A DNA stretch of 63,643 nucleotides, filler included, from Octopus bimaculoides (GCF_001194135.2; 5 parts of 4 records of this genome joined end to end with filler, not necessarily neighbours in it), one strand, 5' to 3'; counted from the first letter of the whole stretch, positions 12,034-24,040 are shown. Notes: generated by a model not told the origin, from the letters alone. Program-made: numbers and translations.

Positions 12034-12799
12034 TCATATTCTCCAATAACAAGTTACTTCAATATACATACAAGTGTGGAGGTGGTTTCTATAGACGGAG
12101 AAATATTTACGGTTCTTAAACACAGATGCAAGCATCTAGGTTACTAACCATCGTTATTATTTATACATTTATTTATTCATTTATTCGTTTATTTTCTCTC
12201 ACTCTCTTGTTTTGTTATAGTTTCCTGTGCAGTAGCAGCAGTGAAGCAGCAGCAATAGCAGCAGCAGCAGTGAAGCAGCAAGTCGTAAGAAGAAAAGAAA
12301 AAAGAGAAAATCAACAAAAAGTACCCGCACATTCTTTACGAGTTCTCAAATAGACCGACAGTATGTTTTCTCGGATTACATTTGAATACCAGGCACTCAG
12401 TAGAACAAGTAGATGGCTGGGGGTAAACGCTGGCCATATATGGCCTCATGGATATTCTACATAGCGTTGATTTTTACACAGGCCAGCTTATGCTGAGAAG
12501 CTGCGAACAGCGAGTTAACAAAGATAGGAGGCGATAGAAGTGAGAATTTCAAGAACGATAACTGTGTAAGCTTATGTGTCGTCTGCTGATGATGTGGTAA
12601 TCATGACGGTATATCCTTGTTGTTGTTGATAAAAACAACAGGCTTTTGAAATTTCAACTACGTTGTTAACGCGTTTTGTTTGAAACCCATTCTACTTACC
12701 TTGACGCAGAAAAACATGAACATCACGTAATCTTACACTCTCTTCTCTCTGTAGGATAATGCTTCAGTAAGAAATAATCGTTGTTATTACCGAAATAGG

Positions 12800-12985
12800 T
12801 CGAGCTGGTAGAATCAATTGTACGCCGAAGAAACCGTTTAACAGGATTGCTTTCGATGCTTTACGTTCTTAGTTCAAATCTCGCCTATGTCAGCTTTGCC
12901 TTTCATCCTTTCAAGATCGAAAACATCAAATACCAGTCAAGTACTGGAGTCGATGTAATGGACTTATCCCTTTCACCTAAATCTT
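12800..12985 (+). mobile_element. SINE family A
   Basis: gagctggtagaatc...ttacgttcttagttcaaatctc...ctttgcctttcatcctttc...ggagtcgatgtaatggactta. Confidence 0.75.
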
Positions 12986-13090
12986 ATCTTATTCCACTTT
13001 TGCGGGGGGGAGGGCTTTTTCTCTACGAAATGCTTTTTTGATTGTTAATGTTTTTTCTCTGTGTGTGTGTGTGTGTGTGCGGAGGAGGAG

Positions 13091-14352
13091 GTGTGGCTGT
13101 GTGGTTAGAAGCTTGCTTCCCAACCACATGGTTTCGGGTTTAGACCCACTGCATGGCACCTTGGGCAAGTGCCTTCTACTATAGGCTTGGGCCGAGACTA
13201 TTGTAGTGAGTGGATTTGGTAAACGGAAACTGAAAGAAGCCTGTCGTGAAACTCTGAGTAGCAGTTTCTGTGGTTTTCCGCTGCTTTTAATAAATCATAT
13301 TACTCTACCTCTGGTATTTCAGTACCCTTTTCTCCACCTTGTTTTACATTTATGTGTTTACTCCGGTATATATATATATGACGCTACAGGTGATGGTGAT
13401 GATCTCACGCGCAGATATTCATTCACATACACACAAACGAACTCACAACCGTATAATTATACATACCGTCTCACAGCCACGCGTATACGTATACATATAA
13501 ACACGTACAAATATACACGCTTTCACGTGAATNNNNNNNNNNNNNNNNNNNNNNNNNNNNNNNNNNNNNNNNNNNNNNNNNNNNNNNNNNNNNNNNNNNN
13601 NNNNNNNNNNNNNNNNNNNNNNNNNNNNNNNNNNNNNNNNNNNNNNNNNNNNNNNNNNNNNNNNNNNNNNNNNNNNNNNNNNNNNNNNNNNNNNNNNNNN
13701 NNNNNNNNNNNNNNNNNNNNNNNNNNNNNNNNNNNNNNNNNNNNNNNNNNNNNNNNNNNNNNNNNNNNNNNNNNNNNNNNNNNNNNNNNNNNNNNNNNNN
13801 NNNNNNNNNNNNNNNNNNNNNNNNNNNNNNNNNNNNNNNNNNNNNNNNNNNNNNNNNNNNNNNNNNNNNNNNNNNNNNNNNNNNNNNNNNNNNNNNNNNN
13901 NNNNNNNNNNNNNNNNNNNNNNNNNNNNNNNNNNNNNNNNNNNNNNNNNNNNNNNNNNNNNNNNNNNNNNNNNNNNNNNNNNNNNNNNNNNNNNNNNNNN
14001 NNNNNNNNNNNNNNNNNNNNNNNNNNNNNNNNNNNNNNNNNNNNNNNNNNNNNNNNNNNNNNNNNNNNNNNNNNNNNNNNNNNNNNNNNNNNNNNNNNNN
14101 NNNNNNNNNNNNNNNNNNNNNNNNNNNNNNNNNNNNNNNNNNNNNNNNNNNNNNNNNNNNNNNNNNNNNNNNNNNNNNNNNNNNNNNNNNNNNNNNNNNN
14201 NNNNNNNNNNNNNNNNNNNNNNNNAGAATAAGTACTAGGTTTAGAAAGAATAAAAGCGGGGATCGATTTCTTCGACTAAAACCCTTTAAGACGGTGTTCC
14301 AGCATGGCCACAGTCAATTGACTGAAGCAAGTTAAAGAATATAAAAATAAAA
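13091..14352 (+). mobile_element. SINE family B head (13091-13250) and tail (14225-14352), separated by unique sequence and a gap
   Basis: gtgtggctgtgtggttagaagcttgcttcccaaccacatgg...accttgggcaagtg...ggaaactgaaagaagcc; tail agaataagtactagg...ggtgttccagcatggcc. The two parts could be separate copies. Confidence 0.7.
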
Positions 14353-14354
14353 GA

Positions 14355-14392
<38 letters not shown>

Positions 14393-14644
14393 GTTTTCTC
14401 AAATATAATTGTACTTCGTGTTTGAAGCTCCGATGAAGCTATAAGGTGACGCATAAGCGTTCACCTATGAGTGCATTGCATATTATTGCAGAAACATCTG
14501 TAAGTTAATGGATTTCATGAAGTAATTTCTTTTCCTTTGGTATTTCAATTTCTTATTACTTCTCTGTACTCCACCGACGCTTAATAGGATCGCTATACCT
14601 AAGGGAAATGATAATAATAATAATAATAAGAAGAAGAAGAAGAA

Positions 14645-15028
14645 GAAAAAAAAATGCTTTCTAATTGATGTATCAATACCAGCAGATGACAACGTTTCCT
14701 TAAAAGAAATGGAAAAACTTTCAAAATACAAAGACCTGGAAATAGAGGTAGCTCGAATGTGGAATCTAAAAACAGAAACAATTCCTATCATAGTAGGTGC
14801 CTTAAGTATAATTAAAAAAATATTCAGACAAATACATAACAAAAACACCAGGACTTACAAATATATATAACATACAGAAAATTGCACTACTGGGCACTGC
14901 ACACATCTTACGCAAAACACTTTCAATACAGTAACCATAAAAGCATCACAGCAAACCACAGCACATACCCAAGGCACACAGAGCTGCGCTCGGTAGTGAA
15001 GTGAAAGCACGTTATAAAAATAAAACTA

Positions 15029-15032
<4 letters not shown>
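14645..15032 (+). mobile_element. 5'-truncated R4/Dong-clade non-LTR retrotransposon: RLE C-terminus, 3' UTR and (TAA)n tail
   Basis: Reads KCFLIDVSIPADDNVSLKEMEKLSKYKDLEIEVARMWNLKTETIPIIVGAL, then after a frameshift YSDKYITKTPGLTNIYNIQKIALLGTAHILRKTLSIQ*. These are the D-V-x-I-P...E-x-x-K RLE motifs. Flanked by (TAA)n at 14609-14628 and 15033-15140. Confidence 0.88.
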
Positions 15033-15090
<58 letters not shown>

Positions 15091-15140
15091 TAATAATAAT
15101 AATAATAGTAATAATAATAATAATAATAATAATAGTAATC
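15033..15140. repeat. (TAA)n microsatellite. Similar tracts at 2818-2887, 7077-7135 and 18763-18912 (compound TAT/CAT); abundant (CA)n, (TA)n, (TATG)n, (GA)n, (GATA)n and (GAAA)n throughout
   Basis: Directly visible. Confidence 0.95.
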
Positions 15141-15149
15141 CTTTCTGTT

Positions 15150-15335
15150 TTAGGCAGAAGGCCTGAAATTTGGTGGGAGTGGACCAGTCGATTACATCAA
15201 CCCCAGTGCGTAACTGGTACTTAATTTATCGTCCCTGAAAGGATGAAAGGCAATGTCGAAGTTGAGAATTCAGAACGTCTTTAAGACGGACGAAATACCC
15301 CTAAGCATTTCATCCGGCGTGCTAACGATTCTGCC

Positions 15336-15337
<2 letters not shown>
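15150..15337 (-). mobile_element. SINE family A
   Basis: gtcgattacatcaaccccagtg...tttatcgtccctgaaaggatgaaaggc...gtgctaacgattctgcca. Confidence 0.8.
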
Positions 15338-15380
<43 letters not shown>

Positions 15381-17349
15381 CATTATAGCATACATACATA
15401 CGTACATACGTGCATACGCACAAGCATACACACGCCCACTGCGTATGCAATCAAACACATGCGTACACGCACGCAGCTGAAATGTAACTATCCTAAAAAT
15501 GAATGGAAGAAATATAATAATGAACTGTAATCTCAAAAGACAGTTGTTGGTCGGGAGGATACCAGACCGGTTATTTCGCTTAATGTGGTAGGCAATCCCG
15601 TTAATAATGACGGAATAATTCTTTTAATACCTAAAGGGGTGGGATGGAAAAAGGATGGGTCTTGTTATTAGAGACTGGATGCTAAAAAAGATAACAGGAA
15701 ACATCTGATGAAATAAAGCGTTTACTTTTGACAGATGGATTATGTTAAAAATCATAAACACAGTCGGAATATTTGAAGATAGTTCCGACTGAAACGTAAA
15801 AATGCTACATATTGTTATTAAAGCCATGCGTTTCGTGAAACGCATATTAACTCCCTCTTTTCGAACTATCCTGGTAAACATTTAAGTCGAAAGTCTCACT
15901 AAACAATTAATGAGGAAAGCTCTTCTGAATATAAGAATAGTTACATCAAGACAAAACTTCTCGTCTGTCGTTTCATTTCTCGAAAACAGACGACATGCAT
16001 TCGAGCCGCCATTTATTTAATTAAATGTGATGAGGGTTTTTATTCTGTTCCAGTTATTTCAGTCACAAAACCCACCACGGATAACGTAACTTCCTTTCTG
16101 AGAAAGGTATAAAGCTTATTTTTATTCGGCTATTTTAAAAAATATATATACTTGCAGGGTCAAATTCTGCTGGTTTGCCTTCCGCTATAAAACTGAAGCA
16201 TGAAGAGAAACAAATATTTCGAAGTCACCACAACTCAGTTTCTAGAACGTCACGTGGTTCTCACGTAGTGTTTTTGATCCGAATTTTAATTAACTTTTGC
16301 CTCCACAAATATTCTTTGGCATCGAAAACTCGCCATAACAACATTGTAACTTCGATATTTAACTACTAAATAAGCTCTTCGATATGTATTTACTGCGCAT
16401 GCATTTACATATAACACACACACACAAGTTCCCAGTGCTTTCGTACGTGTATATGTAGGCGTATGCGTGTGTAAGTCTGATATATGTGTACATATATGTA
16501 TGTATTTGCACATTTGTGTGTGTGTGTTTGTATCTGTGAATGAGTGTGTCTCCGAGTGAGTATGTGAGTATATGAGCGAGTGAGGCAATGTGTATACGTG
16601 TAAAAACTAAAGTGGCCCGGGCTAAATTTGAATGGCTTAAACAAATTCTCTGGTAACGGGGACAATGCTGCCCCCTTTGTGAAAATACGAGAAAAATATA
16701 AAGAAAAGTGACACACACTATGATTGTAAGTTCTTCAGTTCGTTGTTTCTTGCCCCTCCTCTGAAGACAACTGTAGCAATAATTATTGCGCAGTTGTTCT
16801 CTAGTAAAACTATATGCTATCAAAGGGGGCTGGGTACCTTGGTAGGGCTTAGCAAGCAATTAACTCCTGCCTGTGTTCTTTAAATACATCCAGTTTGCAG
16901 ATGCGTAACCAGCTCTATAACATACAAGCACACAGTAACACAGTCACACCGATACACACTTATGTTTACAATGGAACCTCTTGTCTCTAGTCTTTCTAGA
17001 AATAGAAAGACAAATTTCCCTTAACTCGCTAACTGCCGTCTTAGAAAGATGGAAGGGCATGCAGAAGATAGCGTAATTCTAGGTATTCCACCAAAAGCAA
17101 AACAGAAAAAACAACAAACAAGATAAAAATGAACGTATGTTTTTGGATGGAATATGCTTGACTATAAGGCTTGCTCTATCAAGTTTGGACTGGAGATAGA
17201 CAGTAAGAACAACATCAAGAACTACGATAGAACCTTAAAATAACTCGCAAGTGTATTTATCTGTGCAACTATTTCGTTTGCTTTGGTCGTGTGTGTTTCC
17301 AAACACGCACGCACTTTTGAGTACATTCATGTATATGTGCATCTTTAAT

Positions 17350-17720
17350 CTTTTATCGTTTTGCTTATTTCAGTCATTAGGATGTGGCCATGCTGGGGCA
17401 CCGCCTTGAGAAATTTTAACCGAACAAATTGACCCACCCCAGTATTTATGCTATCTGTCTCTTATGTCGAACCGCTAAGTTATGGGGACTTAAACACACC
17501 AGCAGCAGTTTCAAGCGGTATGGGGAACACACACGGACACACATAGATACATACACACACATACGATGGGCTTCTTTCAGTTTCCGTCTACCAAATCCAC
17601 TCACAAGGCCTTGGGCGGCCTAAGGCTATAGCAGAGGATACTCGTTCAAGTTGCCACACAATGGTACTGAACCTGGAACCGTGTGACCGGGAAAACAAAC
17701 TTCTTACCATAGAGAGCCAC
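17350..17720 (-). mobile_element. SINE family B, near full length
   Basis: atttcagtcatt...ggggcaccgcc...ccgctaagttatggggac...gggcttctttcagtttccgtctaccaaatccactcacaaggc...gaacctggaacc. Confidence 0.85.
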
Positions 17721-17837
17721 GGTTGCGCATGCCCTTTCTTTATTTTAGAGAGGAATTAGAAAAGTGTGATAACCCCCATTCTCCATGATCTCCGACACAG
17801 TTGTGAGAAGGACAGGAAGTTATGTTCCGACCTGAAG

Positions 17838-17937
17838 NNNNNNNNNNNNNNNNNNNNNNNNNNNNNNNNNNNNNNNNNNNNTTAATTAATTAANNNNNNN
17901 NNNNNNNNNNNNNNNNNNNNNNNNNNNNNNNNNNNNN
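17838..17937. other. Artificial scaffold-join spacer N44-TTAATTAATTAA-N44
   Basis: Exactly 44 N, then the palindromic 12-mer with stops in all six frames (17882-17893), then 44 N. Confidence 0.95.
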
Positions 17938-18217
17938 GTACTGATTCTGCGCAAGACTTTCACTAGCACTAAGAATGTGAGTCACACTTTTGACCCTCTT
18001 CCCACACATTCTGCAGAGGTTCATTGCACTTGTGTGGTATATATTCTTTTTCACTGAGTTGGTATTCAATGCTTGATCCTAGGCCACGATGATTAGGCTT
18101 TCAGTCTTCTTTTTTAGGTCACCCCTCTATGAAGCTTCCTGGACTTTTAATTTGTTGGTTTTACGGTAGAAGTGACTATGTGATTCCATAAGGAGTAGGG
18201 TTCCTTCTCTCTCGTTA
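17938..18217. repeat. Exact 280-bp direct duplicate of 18443-18722
   Basis: Identical by eye from gtactgattctgcgcaag to cttctctctcgtta. Lies at a scaffold start and is followed by a 10-N gap. Confidence 0.9.
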
Positions 18218-18227
18218 NNNNNNNNNN

Positions 18228-18760
18228 TCTCTTTCTTCCATAATGATATGTTGATCTCCTAGCACTGTTACATCGATCATTAGGCACTCTTGCTTATCCA
18301 TCCTAAAGGTTACTAAATACTACCCATTTTCGTCCATTACCTTTTCCGGTGTATGTTGGTACCAAGCATCTGTAACCTCAAATCCATATTTACGGCATAA
18401 TAGCCAGTGGAGGTTTTGGGCTACTTTGTCGTGTCTATGCTTGTACTGATTCTGCGCAAGACTTTCACTAGCACTAAGAATGTGAGTCACACTTTTGACC
18501 CTCTTCCCACACATTCTGCAGAGGTTCATTGCACTTGTGTGGTATATATTCTTTTTCACTGAGTTGGTATTCAATGCTTGATCCTAGGCCACGATGATTA
18601 GGCTTTCAGTCTTCTTTTTTAGGTCACCCCTCTATGAAGCTTCCTGGACTTTTAATTTGTTGGTTTTACGGTAGAAGTGACTATGTGATTCCATAAGGAG
18701 TAGGGTTCCTTCTCTCTCGTTAGTTGTTCTTATTCGGAATTTATGAGCACTCTCAAGTCC

Positions 18761-18762
<2 letters not shown>
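18228..18762 (-). mobile_element. Decayed R4/Dong-clade retrotransposon fragment (zinc knuckle and RLE start), 5' end in (TAA)n
   Basis: Minus translation GDLKKKTESLIIVA*DQALNTNSVKKNIYHTSAMNLCRMCGKRVKSVTHILSASESLAQNQYKHRHDKVAQNLHWLLCRKYG...CLMIDVTVLGDQ matches the CxxC...H...RHD knuckle region of RLE elements. Confidence 0.85.
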
Positions 18763-18819
<57 letters not shown>

Positions 18820-18823
18820 CATT

Positions 18824-18879
<56 letters not shown>

Positions 18880-18913
18880 TATTATTATTATTATTATCAT
18901 CATCGTCATCATT

Positions 18914-19100
18914 AAGGCGACGAGCTGGCAGAATCGTTAGCACGCTAGGCAAAATGCATAGGATTTTGTCTGTCTTTACGTTCTGAGTCCAAATTCCACC
19001 GAAGCTGATAAGATAAGTACAAGTTGAATACTGGTTCGACGAAACCGACACGCCATCTCCCCTAAAATTTCAGTCTTTGTACTTATATTGAAAAAAGGAC
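18914..19100 (+). mobile_element. SINE family A (internally deleted)
   Basis: aggcgacgagctggcagaatcgttagcacg...ttacgttctgagtccaaattcc. Confidence 0.75.
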
Positions 19101-19159
19101 TATTGTTATTGTAGTAATTATCATAATTATCATTTTTAATTAAGGAGCAATCTCGGTAG

Positions 19160-19330
19160 TTTTTAGAGGAGAGGGTAAGTCAATGATATTAGCTACTGTG
19201 TTTGGCTCGTTTTTATTTATCGATCTTAGAGGCATGAAAAGTAAAACTGACCACAGCGTTATCTGAATCCAGAACTCAGAAACCGAAAGTAAATACGGCA
19301 AGTTCTTTTGTCGGACAGTCTACCGACGTA
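19160..19330 (-). mobile_element. SINE family A (degenerate)
   Basis: tttttatttatcgatcttagaggcatgaaaagtaaaactgacc...atctgaatccagaac. Confidence 0.5.
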
Positions 19331-19693
19331 GGAAATCCATAATGATAATAATAATCGAAAATGTCAAAATGAATTATTACTACATACAGAAAATGCAATA
19401 AAATCACTGAAGGAGAGCAGAAATATATGGCATAAGGAAAGATTAAAATAGAAGGAATTGGAAGATAAAACCGGAAAAGAGGAAAATTAAGAAGATTGTA
19501 AGAATAAAAATTAAACACAAGGAATATCATTAAAGTAATCAACACATGGACAATAATTATGTTAGAATATTCTTCGGTCTTCCATCAGCGGATGAAAAAT
19601 GTTCTTGATGAAATGTTTAGACGAACCAGTTAACTGTTAACAATGCATAATGAATTACATTCGCGGAAGAGCATTATTAGACTGAATGCATGC

Positions 19694-19757
<64 letters not shown>

Positions 19758-21234
19758 NNNNNNNNNNGTATGTATGTATGTATGTATGTATGTATATGTG
19801 TATGTATGTGTGTATGTATATGTATGCGTGTGTGCGCGTGTGTAGAAAAGAGGAAGGTAGGGGACTGTTCAATGTAACTGAGACAGCAGTCTAGAGAGGT
19901 ATGTTATGGTGAAATGAAGAGGTGTGTGTGTATGCGCTTGTGCGTAGTGTGTGCGTAGTGTGTGCGTGCGTGTGTGTATGTGTGTGTATGTGTTTGTGTG
20001 TGTGTATGTGTGTGTGTGCGCGTGTAAAACCAGGAAGATCAATGGCGAATACATAGAAACAGAAAAGTATTACAAACAAAAGATTTTTTTTTCAAAAAAG
20101 GGGAGGCTGGAAAAATAGGAAGAAAAAGTGTTGCATGAGCGGTTTGTAAGGCAAACAAAAGATATAGGAGGAGAGAGGAACAATGAGCTTACTGAAAGAT
20201 GAAGGACTAAACAAGGAAAGAGAAACTCTGATTAATGACTGCACAAGGACAAGAGATTAAAGCAAACTGCGTTAAGCAAAATAAGAATAAAAAACAAAAA
20301 TGGCATAAGCCAGATAGATAGTAAGTATGAGAAGGATCGAAAAAGGAGATATAAATTTAGTGTGTGGAGTTAGCAAGATGACACAGAAATAATACAAAAA
20401 TATTCTTTAAAAATAATACATAAATAATATGAAATTTGATAAACGTAAAAGACCCGATGGTCGGTTAGTAGTAAATCAGAATGAAAAATGGGACTTGGCT
20501 GTTTCTGTTAACGAATGTTTTAAAGATCCTTTTGATAACATGTTTTCCATAATAGTCAATCTTATCAATTCTTCAGAAAATTTTATCGGAAATCAGCACT
20601 CTTTTTTTCCACTTTCACCTTCAAATGGAAGTGGAACTTCCATTCAAGAATTCGTAAAATGGTCGGCTGTAGAGGAAAATGTCTTTCCTCGAACATTCTG
20701 ATCTTGTTCGTCGCAAAATATCCTTCACCATGAACACAAACCACAGAAATACAACCTAATTTCCACAGGCAGCTTGAACAATGATTTCCTTACGGGTTGA
20801 TAGAGCTAACTTCATAACTGACATGGCTGACACCCGAATCCGTCCTTAACACGAAAACAGCTGTTTGAATTAACTGCACAAGACAGCATCGCTCGGTACT
20901 GAACGACAGTGCATAGAATGGTTTCGTTACTCTGTTCATATTTTATACAGACCCACCACGATTACCACTGGACCCCTGCATTCTGCAGGTATTACCAGGT
21001 CTGTGGAGTTTTAACCGAAACGACAAAACCTCCTTTAGTATTATCATGCCTGGAAGTTATGAAATATTTCAGGACTTAAAGTCTTCAAGAACAAACTGTA
21101 CAATTAGACATAGTCGATCCCTAGTCTCCCCGATAAACTTGCTACTACTCAAAATATAAAGTTAGACGCACAAACGACGGTGTTATTCTGCAAGAAGAGA
21201 ACCGATAGCGCCTGACAGCATTTCAAAATTATGG

Positions 21235-21430
21235 TTTCAAATTTTGGCACAAGTCCAGCAATTTTGGGTAAGCATGAGTCAGTTACATCAACCACAGTGT
21301 TTCAACAGGTACTTATTTAATCGACCTCGAAAGGATGAAAAGCAAAGTCAACTTCAGCAGCATTTGAACTCAAAACGTAAAGACGGACGAAGTGCACTAA
21401 AGATTCAGCCAGTTTGCTGCCTTAGCATTT
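21235..21430 (-). mobile_element. SINE family A
   Basis: ttttggcacaag...tttaatcgacctcgaaaggatgaaaagcaaagtcaac...atttgaactcaaaacgtaaagac. Confidence 0.75.
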
Positions 21431-21473
21431 CAAAATAATAAAACACTTCAAAATGAGAAATAGTATTTAAACC

Positions 21474-22558
21474 AATACGCATTCCCCCTGGGGAGGTCTT
21501 CGAATACCTCATTGATCTTGTCTACCAGGTCTGTCTTGCTGTTGCAAGCAGAGCGGTTGGTGTCTTTCTGAACCGCATTCCACAGGTAGTAATCCATGGG
21601 ATTACAATTGGGAGAATAAGGAGGCCAAAAATTGGGGCTGGTAAAATCGTATAAATTCTTTGTCACTCACTTCTTACACTTACCCGAAGTATGTCAAAGA
21701 GCTGAATCTTCCGGCAACACATAACCTTCCGTAGTAAGCTACATGCAGTCTACATTAGCTTCACAGCTGTCTGAATTAAGCCTAAGGCCTTGTTCAAAGA
21801 TGACAGGTGACATGACATCGCCCTCACTGGAGGCACACCCGAATACCGTTACAGATCACGATACGTGGGACAACACATTAATTGTAAACAAGCAACTTGT
21901 TCTTCTAGGTGGTGTGCTACTGGTCCTGGCAGAAGTCCTCTTCATCTGAGAAAAAACAAATCATCTCCGGCTCAACAGGATACCTCAGGTTGTTAAGGAG
22001 CCTCTTCTTTGCCTTCATCAAACGGTTCTTCTTGGCCTTGGCGGTCAGAACTTGTCGCTTACGACTCTTGTACGAGTGGTAGCGAAGGTCCTCATTCGGG
22101 GGTAGCTTCATGGTGGCGACTCCAACGCCCATCTCTCTTACCAAAGCACGGATTCTTTTACTCGGATCTTCCATCACCTTCTCCTGCATTTGTTGGATGA
22201 ATTCTGGTATGCAAACACAGTCGAAACAGCTGCTGTGACCCTTCCTGGTGGCCACAGGTTTGTAGTCTCCGTTGCGGCCGTCCATATCATTGCTTACAGC
22301 CCTTACAGTGTCCACAGAACACTGAATAGCAGTCACTACGTCGGCATTTTGATACACTGCACGAATCATCATGATACAGGTAATTCTTCTCCAATATTCA
22401 GATGTCTTCCTGTCCTCCATATCAGCTAAATTTTTCTCAATTCTAAATTTAATCGTTATGCGATCCAACACCGTTGAATGTTCAGCAATATATTAAGCTG
22501 TTCCTGAAGAAAGAAGTCGTAGTATAGTGTCAAATTTAGTCCGAACACCTTCTATGTA
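21474..22558 (-). mobile_element. Decayed Tc1/mariner-superfamily transposon, maT (DD37D)-like
   Basis: Transposase relic MIRAVYQNADVVTAIQCSVDTV...ICFFSDEEDFCQDQ...FWPPYSPNCNPMDYYLWNAV. TIR-like end gtcaaatttagtccgaacaccttctatgta is shared with the copy at 50315-50995. Confidence 0.85.
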
Positions 22559-23399
22559 ATGAATACATATAGATATTTATATTTAAATATACATGTACTT
22601 TGGTTATCGCATTTACAGCTTTAAGTCTATATTAATGTTTATTATGGAATTCTCCCTACGATAAATTGAGTAAACAAGGAAATTTTTTTATTAGGTTTCT
22701 ATTCATATCTACTACGGAAATATCCCTCCAAGAAAACAATAAATATAGAAGTTAATTTAAACAATATTTTTTTATATCAGTTAATTAAAATAAATAGAAG
22801 AATTGTTGTACTGAACATGTGATTGTTTAAATATTTTTTTGTTGCTGTTATACGCAAGGGAATACTTAGATACTTAATTATATAAATATATATACACCTA
22901 TTTTATTATTATATGTTGTAGTGACAAAGGGCTATCTTGGACATGAAAGGGTATGCGTTTGAGATGTAATGAAGTGAATTTGGATGGATGTCGATTCCAC
23001 TTACTTGGTCCGTTAGAGTGTTTTTGTTGTTTTTTTTAAAATTGTAATTGATGCATGATTGAACAGTTAACGCCCACGCTCATAATACATAGACATTTGA
23101 ATTAATTTTTACAATCCAGCCGTCCTTCGACAGGGAATTTCGTCTTTCTTTAAACCATGATCCTGCAGTGACTTATATATAAGGGAACTGTTATTGTGTA
23201 TGTATATCAGAAAATGTATATAAATCGAAATAATTTGTTAGCCTTTTATACTTTTTTTAATAATTGTTTGTTATATAATATTATGTTATATTATATTCAT
23301 AGTATATCATCTAATATTTCAATATAAATAAATTATTGGATTGTCAATAATATTTCTTTATNNNNNNNNNNNNNNNNNNNNNNNNNNNNNNNNNNNNNN

Positions 23400-23430
<31 letters not shown>

Positions 23431-23852
23431 TACGCACACATATGTATGTCACCAAAATATTTTCGTCCCAAGTTTTTTTTTTGTCAAGAAATGTTTACGA
23501 TAAGTTCAGTTGTCATTGCTAGTGAGCAGCTCAATTCATCATAATATATGGTAAAGGTTGAATCCTACAACAGCTAAGCACTGATAATTAGGACGTCATA
23601 ACCTCTTTGCGTTAAGCAACTACATCAAAGCATTGGCTCATTATATGCAAGGATACAGTCGGTGTAAACTACTTAGACAGATATATATTTTTTTGTAAGT
23701 GGGGAGTATGTAATATACACAAATTTATATACATACATATCGACAGAGTGAAAGAGAAGCGAAACACAAACAAAAACACACGCTTATATTTGCTTGCTCT
23801 GTGTGCATATTCGTAGGTATTTATATGCTTAGAAGCTAAGTGATTAGACCAT

Positions 23853-23911
<59 letters not shown>

Positions 23912-24040
23912 CGCGCGCGTATGTGTGTGTGTGTCCATATGCATATCTATATGTATAGCGAGGTAGATAGATAGATGCATACATACATATATATGTATGC
24001 ACATATGTGTAAATATTATATATGTCTGTATGTATATATA

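Noticed and set aside
19565-19600. Peptide EYSSVFH encoded here and again near 63450 with synonymous differences
   Set aside because: Several 7-residue matches are expected by chance among all six-frame translations of a 60-kb window, and the flanks do not align.
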